In this document: piece after piece, positions 24,922-34,236 of the stretch
Numbering within the stretch: position 1 is the first letter of the stretch
How the letters are laid out: the number at the start of each line of letters is the position of its first letter
Assembly: GCA_000697455.1 (NCBI GenBank)
Contig: JNET01028165.1
Location: forward strand, 1 to 34,236
Length of the DNA stretch: 34,236 nucleotides
Direction of reading: 5' to 3'
From: Basidiobolus heterosporus B8920
Lineage: Eukaryota
Notes under the pieces: model-generated
Told to the model about the DNA's origin: nothing
The model's input: the letters and a program-made list of their open reading frames with translations, nothing else
Database searches by the model: none
Translations under genes and position numbers: made by a program

Positions 24922-25902
24922 ATGGATCCTCCACATACATTTGCTAGGCACTCTGTCATGAACTTGGAGGAGTTGAATACCTCTCAAGTTTTGTCTACTT
25001 CCGACAAAAACGTAAATTTGGAGGCAAAACAGCCCACTAGAACCGTGACCCTCACTAATATTGAACCCAACTCTCAACTAAATCTAATCCAACCACAATC
25101 GTATACAAACAGTCTACCAGGTATCAGCAATAACAGAATCATCAACAACCTCAACAATACCACTGAGCCAGAACTCAATTCCACCAAAGCTAAACCGAAA
25201 CGGCGAACCTGTTATCAATGTGGAGAAGCCGGTCACACCACTACAAACTGTTCTCAGGCCGAGGTCAACCATAACCTGCCAAAACGTTCCTCTGGAAAAA
25301 AACTGACCCCAGAAGAGATTCAACTCGTGATACATTGTTACTTCAAATGTGAAGAGGAACGACTGGATCACAAGATAGCCATTAAGTCTGACTCGATTCG
25401 CCGAACTGCTTTTTATTTAGGGATGAGTAAGAACACTGTAGCTCGATTGGTACGTGAGTATGCACAAACAGGTGAACTCCCCGTTTCTAAAGCTCGTTCT
25501 GAGATTAGGAAATCTCAATCTATCGCTTCCAGTTCGAGTCGGAAAAAAGCCAAGTGTAGAGAAGTAGATGACCAAAAAACGTCTAGTGTCGTTCAGATTA
25601 CTAATCCGGAGGCAGTCAATGATAACCGTCTAGTGTCAGAGTCTTCCTTACCATATTCGCGCTCACTATCCCCGGGATCTAATATCTTATCAAATCCAGT
25701 TGTTTCTACAAGACTTTTGCCACCCGTGACTAACTTACGAGATGCTTCACCCATTATGGCAGTCTCGGCACAATCCTTGATGGGCATTCACGAGATGCTT
25801 ACGAACTCAAGTTCTCACTTTTTTGAGTCTGACGCAGCTCTTTCTAATATTATGAATCCAGTTGAAGAAGACGAGGACGAACCAATGTTCAATTTTCAAT
25901 AA
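24922..25902 (+). CDS. CCHC zinc-knuckle plus helix-turn-helix protein
   Basis: CYQCGEAGHTTTNC (CX2CX4HX4C) followed by GKKLTPEEIQLV...RRTAFYLGMSKNTVARLVREY..TG (HTH), with low-complexity N/S-rich flanks. Start uncertain; the first in-frame ATG was used. Confidence 0.75.
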   Translation: MDPPHTFARHSVMNLEELNTSQVLSTSDKNVNLEAKQPTRTVTLTNIEPNSQLNLIQPQSYTNSLPGISNNRIINNLNNTTEPELNSTKAKPKRRTCYQCGEAGHTTTNCSQAEVNHNLPKRSSGKKLTPEEIQLVIHCYFKCEEERLDHKIAIKSDSIRRTAFYLGMSKNTVARLVREYAQTGELPVSKARSEIRKSQSIASSSSRKKAKCREVDDQKTSSVVQITNPEAVNDNRLVSESSLPYSRSLSPGSNILSNPVVSTRLLPPVTNLRDASPIMAVSAQSLMGIHEMLTNSSSHFFESDAALSNIMNPVEEDEDEPMFNFQ

Positions 25903-26451
25903 TCCGAGAATTTTAATTTGGTTACCACTGCATTCTTTGCTATGCTTTCATATGTGTTTGTATTATTCATCTTTTTTGCTCATTCTCATAATCTTAATGT
26001 AATCACGCTATGAGAGGAGTTCGCGGCTTCTCTGGAGAAACTTTTCAATCTGCTTACACCGAATAACACATGGAATTAGTAAATACGTCAATCGATCGAT
26101 GAAAACCTGTCTATTTTGTTGAAGCTAAATTAATTCTCAGCTTGTTTGTAGCTCATGTTCGAGAGATATGTACGAACCTTCTTGTCTCCAGGTAATCATT
26201 AGCCTGATCCAGCGTTATACAGGCTCAAATATGTTCAGAATATTTGTAAATCGGTTCAGTGCAGAGCATGTGATGCTACATAGAGCACTATTATGCATTT
26301 GTGTGCTTTAAGGTTGCCGTTTGCTGTTTTATCTATTCTTGCTCGAATGGAAATTCAGTTCAGTCTCTTTATTAATTGAAAGTGAAAATGTGTACAGAAG
26401 AATGCGATCGTTTGGCTCAACTACTGGATTGTATTATGAAGGACAAGTTGT

Positions 26452-26835
26452 TCAGTTGGCGCTTTTCTCTTCCTTGGTTTTGAGGTAAGCTTCATGTGCT
26501 TCTTGAGTGCATTGATACAATTGCTTGAGAGAATCAAGGCATTTTTCTGGCTCTTGTTGGTGGTTCTTTAGACAGGTTTCGTATACATTGATGATAGGAG
26601 TACACTTTTGTTTGACCACTCTCAAGGCCTCCACACTGTAGCAAATTAGGGTCAGCTCAGTAGCAAGAATCACTTTCGAATTTGGTACTTACTTTTCTTC
26701 TGAACACTTTGACAGTGCTTCCTTTTGTTTGAAGCAGGCAGATTCCCAGTTAGTTGGGTTGTTCTCAACGCAACGTTGGTACATCTCAAGCTGAAGGCCG
26801 CAATACTTTACTACTTCTTCTAAGGTATGGTCCAT
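26452..26835 (-). CDS. MIX14: Mitochondrial intermembrane-space twin-CX9C protein (Mix14/CHCHD5-like)
   Basis: MDHTLEEVVKYCGLQLEMYQRC...CFKQKEALSKC, intron 26636-26692, then CTPIINVYETC...CLDSLKQLYQC: four CX9C motifs. Confidence 0.85.
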
Positions 26836-27105
26836 GCTACAAAATATGGTAGAGAAATAATGAATTGTGTAAGAGCCATAGCTTAGCTAAATTCTCATAA
26901 ATACTCGAATGTAGAATTTTTACAATGAAAGTCACGTAACATCACGATACGAGTGATCAAAAATGCAGTGATTCATTTCGAATAGATTATCAAAATTAAA
27001 TACACAGCGACATAAAGTTAACTCGAAAGTTCAAACCTCAAATAAAAAAAAATCATATAAACATCCCGTATAGAAACTACTTCGGTGCTGTTAACTCTAA
27101 CTAAA

Positions 27106-28363
27106 ATGGCTGCCCCTACTCTTGAAGCAATTCGCTATAAGCGAGGTGAACTCCTCATCTTAGATCAACTACTACTTCCTCACGAAACTGTTTACGTTCC
27201 AATCAATGGAATTGAACAGGGTCATTCCGCCATCAAAACCATGCAGGTACTGCTCCATTTAGTCAATTTGCTATTTTTGGTTTTATTTTCTCATGATCTG
27301 TTATAAAGGTCCGTGGTGCACCCGCTATAGCTATTGTTGCTGCTCTCTCACTTTGCATTGAGTTGTTTCACAAAGGGGATTCTTTAACTGATACTGCTGC
27401 CGCCTTGACTTTCATCGAGAAATCCTTACAGTATCTCAAGACTTCTCGCCCAACTGCTGTCAATCTTTTCGATGCTGCAGAAAAACTTTGGAGAACTACA
27501 CAAGCAGCCGCTTCTCAAACTGTTTCTTCTAAAGACGTAATTAATGCCTACGTTGAGGCAGCTGAGCAAATGTTGATTGATGATGTTCAAGATAACAAAA
27601 ACATTGGAGAATACGGAGCAAAATTTATTTTGAACAATATCTCTCAAACCGTTCCCCTTAAGGTGTTAACTCACTGTAATACTGGGTAGAGTATTTTTCG
27701 AAAGAATCTTTATATTGTAGATATCAAAGTTTTATTTACACTATCCTGCTTAGCTCTCTCGCCACTGCTGGTTACGGAACAGCATTAGGAATTATTCGCT
27801 CACTCCATGCCACTGGACGTCTTGAGCACGCCTATTGTACCGAAACCAGACCTTACAATCAAGGTTCAAGACTAACTGCATACGAACTTGTTTACGACAA
27901 CATTCCAGCTACTCTCATTTGTGACTCCATGGCATCTGCTCTCTTAAGACAGGAGAAGGTGTCTGCAATCATTGTTGGTGCTGATCGAGTTGCCGCTAAT
28001 GGTGACACCGCCAACAAAATCGGCACATACCAACTAGCTATCACCGCTAAACACCACGGTGCATTATTTATCGTCGCCGCACCTTCCACCTCTGTCGATT
28101 TGAAGATTGCCAGCGGCGATGAGATCCCCATTGAACAACGTCCTCCACAGGAAGTTAGCTTAGTTCGTGGTATTTTACCAGAAGAGAGCCAAGTAGTCGC
28201 TAAAACTGTTCAAGTGGCTGCCAAAGGAATTAACATATGGAACCCTTCATTCGACGTTACCCCAGCTAGTTTGATCTCGGCCATTGCTACCGAGAAAGGT
28301 GTGGTGACCAAGAAGGAAGGTGAAAGCGAGTTTGATATGAAAGAGTTCTTGGCCAACAATTGA
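27106..28363 (+). CDS. MRI1: Methylthioribose-1-phosphate isomerase (methionine salvage)
   Basis: [74 protein letters not shown] and NPSFDVTP. Introns 27247-27308 and about 27686-27752. Confidence 0.97.
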
Positions 28364-28687
28364 TACCTCACGTTTAATTATGTACTTCAATTGAATTAAA
28401 CTAGTATTGTGACCATAGTATATTCATTCCATGTTACTTGCTCAAATACTGGATTGATTGGCAATAATTAGTCATAATAGTTCATCGCTTCCACACAGTA
28501 AGTTCACAAGGAGATGGCGACTTCTTTAGGCTTACATTTCATTGTAAACCATCTAATCAATCAATCCATTGTGATTGGCATCTCCGCAGTACGAATGCCA
28601 TTGAAACCCTGACAACTGGTTTTGCATTCATTGAGCTTTGGAAAATGCGTTAAAGGATGCGGTTTGATCTAAATATTCAAATCAAAA

Positions 28688-29653
28688 ATGTCTACAAGTG
28701 AGAACTCCCCACTTCTTCCAACCTCTAATTCGGAACATGATGCACATCGACAGGAGCTCGTGGGGCTAGTCTGGATGGCTCTTACTTCTTTAGGGTTTAG
28801 CTTCAGTTCTTTATTTGTCAAACTAAGCGGTGCTAGTTTTCCCCCCTTAGAGATTGTATTCTTTCGCTCAATAGTTCAATTTTCCTTTGCGTTTGTTGGT
28901 TGTTTGTTCCAAAAAGTTCATCCTTTTGGCCGTAGAGAGTTGGTTTTTGGTTTGTTGGTCCGTGGCTTTGCTGGAGCAGTGGGCTTAGCTATGTTCTAAA
29001 TTGCAGTTACAGCTCTACCACTTGCTGATGCCACGGTTTTGTTCTTCGTGAATCCGATATTTACCGCCATCTTAGCTCGACTGGTACTTAAAGAACCTTT
29101 TGGATTTTTCGATCAAGTTGCTTCCTTTACCTCTTTACTTGGTGTAGGATTAGTAGCTAAGCCAGGCTTTATCTTTGGTGAAAATCCCATTCATACAATA
29201 GATTCTCAAAAACGCCTGGTAGGAATATTTGCCGCTTTGATGGGAGCAGCTATGTCTGCTATCGCCTATATTACTGTCCGTAAAATGGGACGAGGGGTTC
29301 CGCCATTAGTCCATGTTGTTTACTTCGGAGCAGTTAGTACGGTCTTCTCATTCATTGGCACCTTCCTTTTTGAGCGCCCTCTGTTGCCAACCACCTCAAC
29401 TGAATGGCTGTATCTTACTATGATTGGTCTAACTGCATTTGCGGGTCAAGTTATGTTGACTAAAGGGCTTCAACTTAGCCCAGCAGGTCCTGGGACTTTA
29501 ATGCGAAATTTCGACGTTGTCTTTGCATTTTTCTTTGGCATTGTGATCTTCCATGAGCCTCCTAACATTTTCACTCTTTCGGGGGCAACCTTAATAGTAG
29601 GATCTACAGTGGCCCTCGGTCTTCGTAAATGGCGATTATCGAATACAGACTAA
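28688..29653 (+). pseudogene. EamA/DMT (SLC35G-like) 10-TM transporter interrupted by one in-frame TAA at 28997-28999
   Basis: The two ORFs are in the same frame and read ...RGFAGAVGLAMF*IAVTALPLADATVLFFVNPIFTAILA.LVLKE. Family call is strong; pseudogene versus sequencing error is unresolved. Confidence 0.7.
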
Positions 29654-29874
29654 GCTAGAAACACTAGTGAATATCCAAAGAAAGCATAATTTATAGATAT
29701 GATGGTGGAGTGATAGTAATAACTGATTTATTTGATAAACATTTTGGAAAAATAATGAATGAATGGAAGTAACCTATTTGACTCCATGACTGAAAAATGG
29801 ATGTATGTCAAAATTGGGGATCTACCCTTTAGACTTAGATTATATAGATACTTGAACTTCTCTAGAGCTTCATC

Positions 29875-30731
29875 CTAATGACCCACATCTGGGTTGGCGA
29901 TTCTTAACTTTTTTGTATAGTCCATGTCGTCTCTTAAACTAAGGCTGGATCTTCTTTGCCATAGATAAGTAGTCTGCAAGCTCTCGTCTGAAGTAAGATC
30001 GTAACGAGTGGTCCGCTTTTTTCTTTGGTACAAAACACAACCCAAGATCCCGCAGCCAATGAGGACTACGCCCGCCAAAGTAAAAACTGCAGCCATAAGC
30101 CCGGTATTATCGATAAACGTCGTAGGTATGGTCGTGACCGCCACGCTATTGGAACCAACTAGAGGGGGTAGTCTTTGAGGAGGGGAGGCAACAGATGCCG
30201 AACTTTGATTACTTACATCTGTAGCATCCAAGGGTAAGAATGTTAGTAATAGAGTTAAAGAATTAATATTGTGCTCATACCAAATTTACCTGGTATTGGG
30301 TTTCCGGAGGTATTAAATGGGATTTCCAGATTACCAATTTGTTCGGTATTTATGGCAAAAACACTGGTAAAATCATAGCCTCCACAATTTTCTTTTACAT
30401 TATCCTGACATACTAGATCACAGTTGACCTCGTTACTCTTGCCTGCCTTGCTCGGTAAATTGTTCCCACAAGTGCATGCTCTTCCTTCGTGAATTCCGAA
30501 GTACGCAAACTGATATTTCCCACAATATTGTTGACAGGAGAAGAATATCTGTGAAGAATCGAAAGAAGGCGGGTTAAGGTTTTGGATGTGAATTCCATTG
30601 AGAATTGGTGAATGTCCAGAGTCGCTATAGCATCCCACAAAAAGAGAACTTCTAGCCATCGTACGGGATAGTAATAATGTCAGCGTTATATAAGTGAGGC
30701 GAGCCGGCTTTGGGTGGATATTTCGTAACAT
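29875..30731 (-). CDS. Wsc1-like cell-wall integrity sensor (WSC domain, TM helix, cytoplasmic tail)
   Basis: FVGCYSD...CQQYC...YFG...G..CTCGN...CDLVC....ENCGG. Intron 30219-30289 joins it in frame to an S/T/P linker, TM helix AAVFTLAGVVLIGCGILGCVLY and tail SL.DDMDY.KKLRIANPD, typical of Wsc sensors. Confidence 0.88.
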
Positions 30732-31364
30732 ATCACTTGAATAAAGTAGCATACCATCCATGGAGCGCGTCGACTACTTGCAACTCAAAGTTATATTCCC
30801 AAGGGTTACCAAAGCTTCAGATGAGGAAGGATAGGAAAGCAGTGAAAGATAGCAAGAGTAAAATAGCAAAAGATGTATCCAACAGATATAAACCTAGGAA
30901 TATTCGCACCAAGTGCATATAGAAAGAATCGAATACATCCATTGTCATCATGTATGCTATTGTAGTAAATAATAGAATTCACCACCAGAGTCTTGCATCT
31001 GCCCTTAATTTTTCTGATCGGAAGTTTAGATTGATCAACGAGCACTCTGCCAAGGTCACATGGTAATTGTAAGTTGGATGTATGGTTTAGGAGTGTGTGG
31101 TATGTGTACTTTCAGTGTATCTACGTGGCATTTGTGTTTGCATTAATCATCTTTGCCAGGCAATTATTAGGATTGGATTCACGAGATTAGATACATGATG
31201 AACTCATTACAAATCCAATGATATAACTATATCTCACTCTGAACAGAATCAATCAAAGGACACGAGAAAGCAAAATAAACCATATCCTTTAGTATATAAC
31301 CAAGCAACTACAAGCTAAGCATACCAGCTCATCTCTTTCTTATATCTCATTCCCAGAATCAACC

Positions 31365-31843
31365 ATGACTGTTTCAACTCTTTGGAAAATCTCTGTCCTT
31401 CTTCTGATGATATTGGCACTGAAAAATACTAATGCTGGTAAAATACAAAGCTGAAAGTACATGACATATGTGATTCTTACGTCTTTTTACAAATAGATGT
31501 CATTATAATCCAATCGCCACAGCCAAACACTACCCTGTTAGCAGGTTCCACTATTCCCTTAAGCTATCGCGTGTCTTATCAAGACATCAGCCTCCTCAGA
31601 AATGTGACTGTAGAATTACAAGACCCAAATGGAATAGTAATCCAGAGCAATATTGATACCTCACAGCGGCCATCGGGTGAGGGAGTATGGGAGCGAAACA
31701 CAACCTGGACCGTACCCAGTGACTTAAATCTGAGCCTGTGTTTTTTACGAGTCTATGGGGATGCCTCGTATCGTAGTGTGCCTGATTGGAAGATTCAATG
31801 GGTGGTGAGAGAAAGCAAGATTCCAATTACTATAGTGAGTTAG
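31365..31843 (+). CDS. Small secreted protein (about 139 aa), probable Ig-like domain distantly related to Kre9/Knh1-N
   Basis: Exon 31365-31437 (signal peptide MTVSTLWKISVLLLMILALKNTNA), intron 31438-31496, exon 31497-31843 (DVIIIQSPQPNTTLLAGSTIPLSY...VELQD...TWTVPSDL). TATATAA about 70 nt upstream. Confidence 0.75.
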
Positions 31844-32974
31844 GTATTCAAATCTCAGTCCAGATTTCAACAAGTACTACTGCTCAGCGAAACCCTTAGC
31901 AACAATCTAAACCCAAACTCAAGCCTACAACCCCAATATTCAACAAGTATCTGAAACCCTTGCTGTCTCCACACTCAGTGATAAGCCATGTAACATCATC
32001 CTTAATTAAACTTCACCATGTTTGGTAGATAACGGATGTCTTAAAATCACTAGTTTGTTTGTGAGAGTATTAGCTGAGCATTCCCTGTTTCAAAGAGAGT
32101 GTGAATGTCTAGAAGCTGTTGAAAAAAATCAATGCTAGTCACAATAGACGCCCATGCCCGCTTGTTTCGGTTGCTTGGTTTCTGGAGTTTTGCAATGGGG
32201 ACGATTGAATATAACCAAAACATCCAAAAATAGTAAACGAGGTGTTTCATTGGCGAGGTCACATGGATCTGTTGGTCTGGTCAAATGATTAAGCTTACTG
32301 AAGCTATACATATACGGAAGCCGTGTGTGGGGAAGCCGGATCAGTATATTTCTATTGATCGAACTGTAAATAACAAAGGTGGCAAAAAGGTTATAGTGGT
32401 CCTTGGGGTACAAACTAAGGTACTTCCGCCAAACCACACCTTTGAACTGCGAAACGGAGACCAGATGTCAAGCCACACACGTGAAATCAAAGTGTGGGAA
32501 TTTAGATTCACTACCTTAGATGATTAGTCCTTGTGTATTACTCAAGATCACAGTTTTAGTTGCAACACAAACATTCTCCATTACTAGGTTGGGAAGGAAT
32601 TGCGTGAAAATCATTTTCCCGTCAGACATCAAATTGAACTGGAAATTATGCAGATTGTTCAAATTACAATCACGGCGCAAACTTACTAAAATGGGGGATT
32701 TGTCTAAATTGGTGATTAATTCCCACTATATATGTGTCCAGGTCTTAATAATCCTGCTATCAGACTGGTGGACCGGCGATGGCGAGAATTTCTGTCATTG
32801 ATTATAGCGAGATTAGTTGAAAATGATTGGACTTAATCGTTATGTATGGCTTAACCTGATACAGTCAGTGATTGCCATGATACACTCCATTTTCGGGGAT
32901 TCTCACAACAATATAAATTGCACAAGCACGCTCCCTAGTTCGATATACTTTTCAGTTCTTTCTAATAATCTATC

Positions 32975-33918
32975 ATGGGTGTTGAAGATCCTACTAGCCT
33001 TGACTTGGGTGATTCTTATTCTCAACAAGAGGAAACTCTTACACCATTGCAAAAAGCAATCAACAACTTTGCTGGAAACTTTCGTTATGAATATCGGGAG
33101 TATTTCGCCGAATTCCTTAGCACGATGATTCTCTTAGTTTTTGGTAATTCAGTCGTTCATCAAGTGTTTCTCAATAAGGAGGGGACTTCTGGTAATTACT
33201 TAAGCATTAACTTGGGTTGGGGGCTCGGTTTAACAGCCGCCATTTATTCGAACGCGGGTATTTCTGTAAGCATGAATTACTGTATTGAGTTATTTCGTTC
33301 ATGATACTCACCTAAATTCTTATCTAGGGTGCCCACTTAAATCCTGCTGTCACCATAGTATTGGCTTTACTTCGAGGATTCCCTTGGAAAAAGGTACCTG
33401 GCTTCATATTTGCTCAGGTATTGGGAGCTTTTTGTGGTGCCGCTCTTGTACATTCTCTTTGGTATCAGGATATTGATATCTTTGATGGCGGTGTTCGCCA
33501 AGTAACTGGACCCCAAGCAACTGCTGGCTTCTATGCTACTTATCCCCAATCCTTCCTTACCACTGGCACAGCTTTCTGGTCTGAATTCGTTGGCACCGCC
33601 CTATTGATGATCGCTATTCTTGGATGTGGTGATAAACGTAATGCCATTCATGCACCTGCGAATCCTATTTTTGTTGGCCTTTTGGTTGTTGCTATTGGTA
33701 TTTGTACCGGTTTCTTGACCGGCTACGCCATTAATCCTGCTCGTGATTTTGGACCTCGTCTTTTCACCTGGGCTGCTGGCTATGGTACCGCAGTATTCAC
33801 CACTGCTAATTACTACTTCTGGATACCAATTATTGGCCCTATTGCCGGAGCCATAGTTGGAGGGGTGATCTTCGAATTCTTGTTGTGTGGACAATCCGCC
33901 CCCAAGAACATCTTCTAA
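32975..33918 (+). CDS. Aquaglyceroporin (MIP family, GlpF/AQP3-like)
   Basis: AEFLST, GISGAHLNPAVT across intron 33266-33327, and GYAINPARDFGPR (D after the second NPA indicates the glyceroporin type), YYFWIPIIGP. Confidence 0.96.
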
Positions 33919-33970
33919 GTTGTTGAAACTGTGACAACACATTTAGGTGATCGTACCCTCTACTCACCTG

Positions 33971-34005
33971 CACACGCATGCACGCACACACACACACACG
34001 CACAC
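33971..34005 (+). repeat. Imperfect (CA)n microsatellite just downstream of the aquaglyceroporin stop codon
   Basis: cacacgcatgcacgcacacacacacacacgcacac. Confidence 0.8.
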
Positions 34006-34236
34006 CATCCAAGCATCTCATATCTGATATTTTTCATCACGTTGATTTTATTGTTTTCATCCCTAAATATCCATTGTCTGGACTGGTTGATTTTTGGCAC
34101 GTTTATTTTTATATTATCCATATGCTAGTGAACATCCATAAATGTATATAACGCACTAGGCCAAAAATAAAAAAACCTTTCATTCGAATCCGGTAAATCT
34201 AGAAAATACTCACACCATCCGAACACCAGGTTGATA

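Noticed and set aside
28997..28999. TAA reassignment (alternative genetic code) to explain the EamA stop
   Set aside because: TAA is the normal terminator for DPH3, the septin, SMC2, the aquaglyceroporin and the EamA gene itself, and no other gene model needs an internal TAA.
28993..29006. Tiny GT..CTAA..CAG intron (gttctaaattgcag) removing the EamA stop
   Set aside because: It is only 14 nt, far below the 50-80 nt introns seen here, and would shift the frame. The 28-nt variant from 28979 also breaks the frame.
31195..31242. Possible C/D box snoRNA (ATGATGA...CTGA)
   Set aside because: Too short (under 50 nt), with no terminal stem and no recognisable rRNA guide.
31850..32970. Several 70-100 aa ORFs upstream of the aquaglyceroporin, and antisense ORFs within SEN1, UTP25, SMC2 and the F-box gene
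   Set aside because: No recognisable domains, often non-ATG starts, and consistent with shadow or chance ORFs.
1..34236. tRNA, rRNA, CRISPR array or U12-type introns
   Set aside because: No cloverleaf, rRNA-like segment or spaced direct repeats were recognised by eye, and the modelled introns are ordinary GT-AG. An Infernal/tRNAscan run would be needed to exclude small RNAs.

Overview
Gene-dense, intron-rich eukaryotic DNA. The short GT-AG introns (about 50-80 nt) and the gene content point to a fungus, probably an early-diverging lineage (Zoopagomycota/Mucoromycota-like; this is inference, the species is not identifiable from the window). About 18 protein-coding loci: SEN1 (5'-truncated), VPS20, an 11-exon SPX-domain/M14 (AstE/AspA-like) metallohydrolase fusion, DPH3, a divergent septin, an F-box/LRR gene, an orphan basic ORF, UTP25, SMC2, two identical head-to-head copies of a small secreted Kre9/Knh1-N-like protein forming a 454-bp inverted repeat, a zinc-knuckle plus transposase-like HTH protein, MIX14, MRI1, an EamA transporter with an in-frame TAA, a Wsc1-like sensor, another small secreted protein and an aquaglyceroporin. 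The best candidate for an undescribed system is the SPX-M14 fusion (6533-8707). It joins an intact inositol-pyrophosphate-sensing SPX domain to a catalytically intact zinc amidohydrolase and is invisible in the ORF track because of its 10 introns. Exon models were built by eye; no searches were run.
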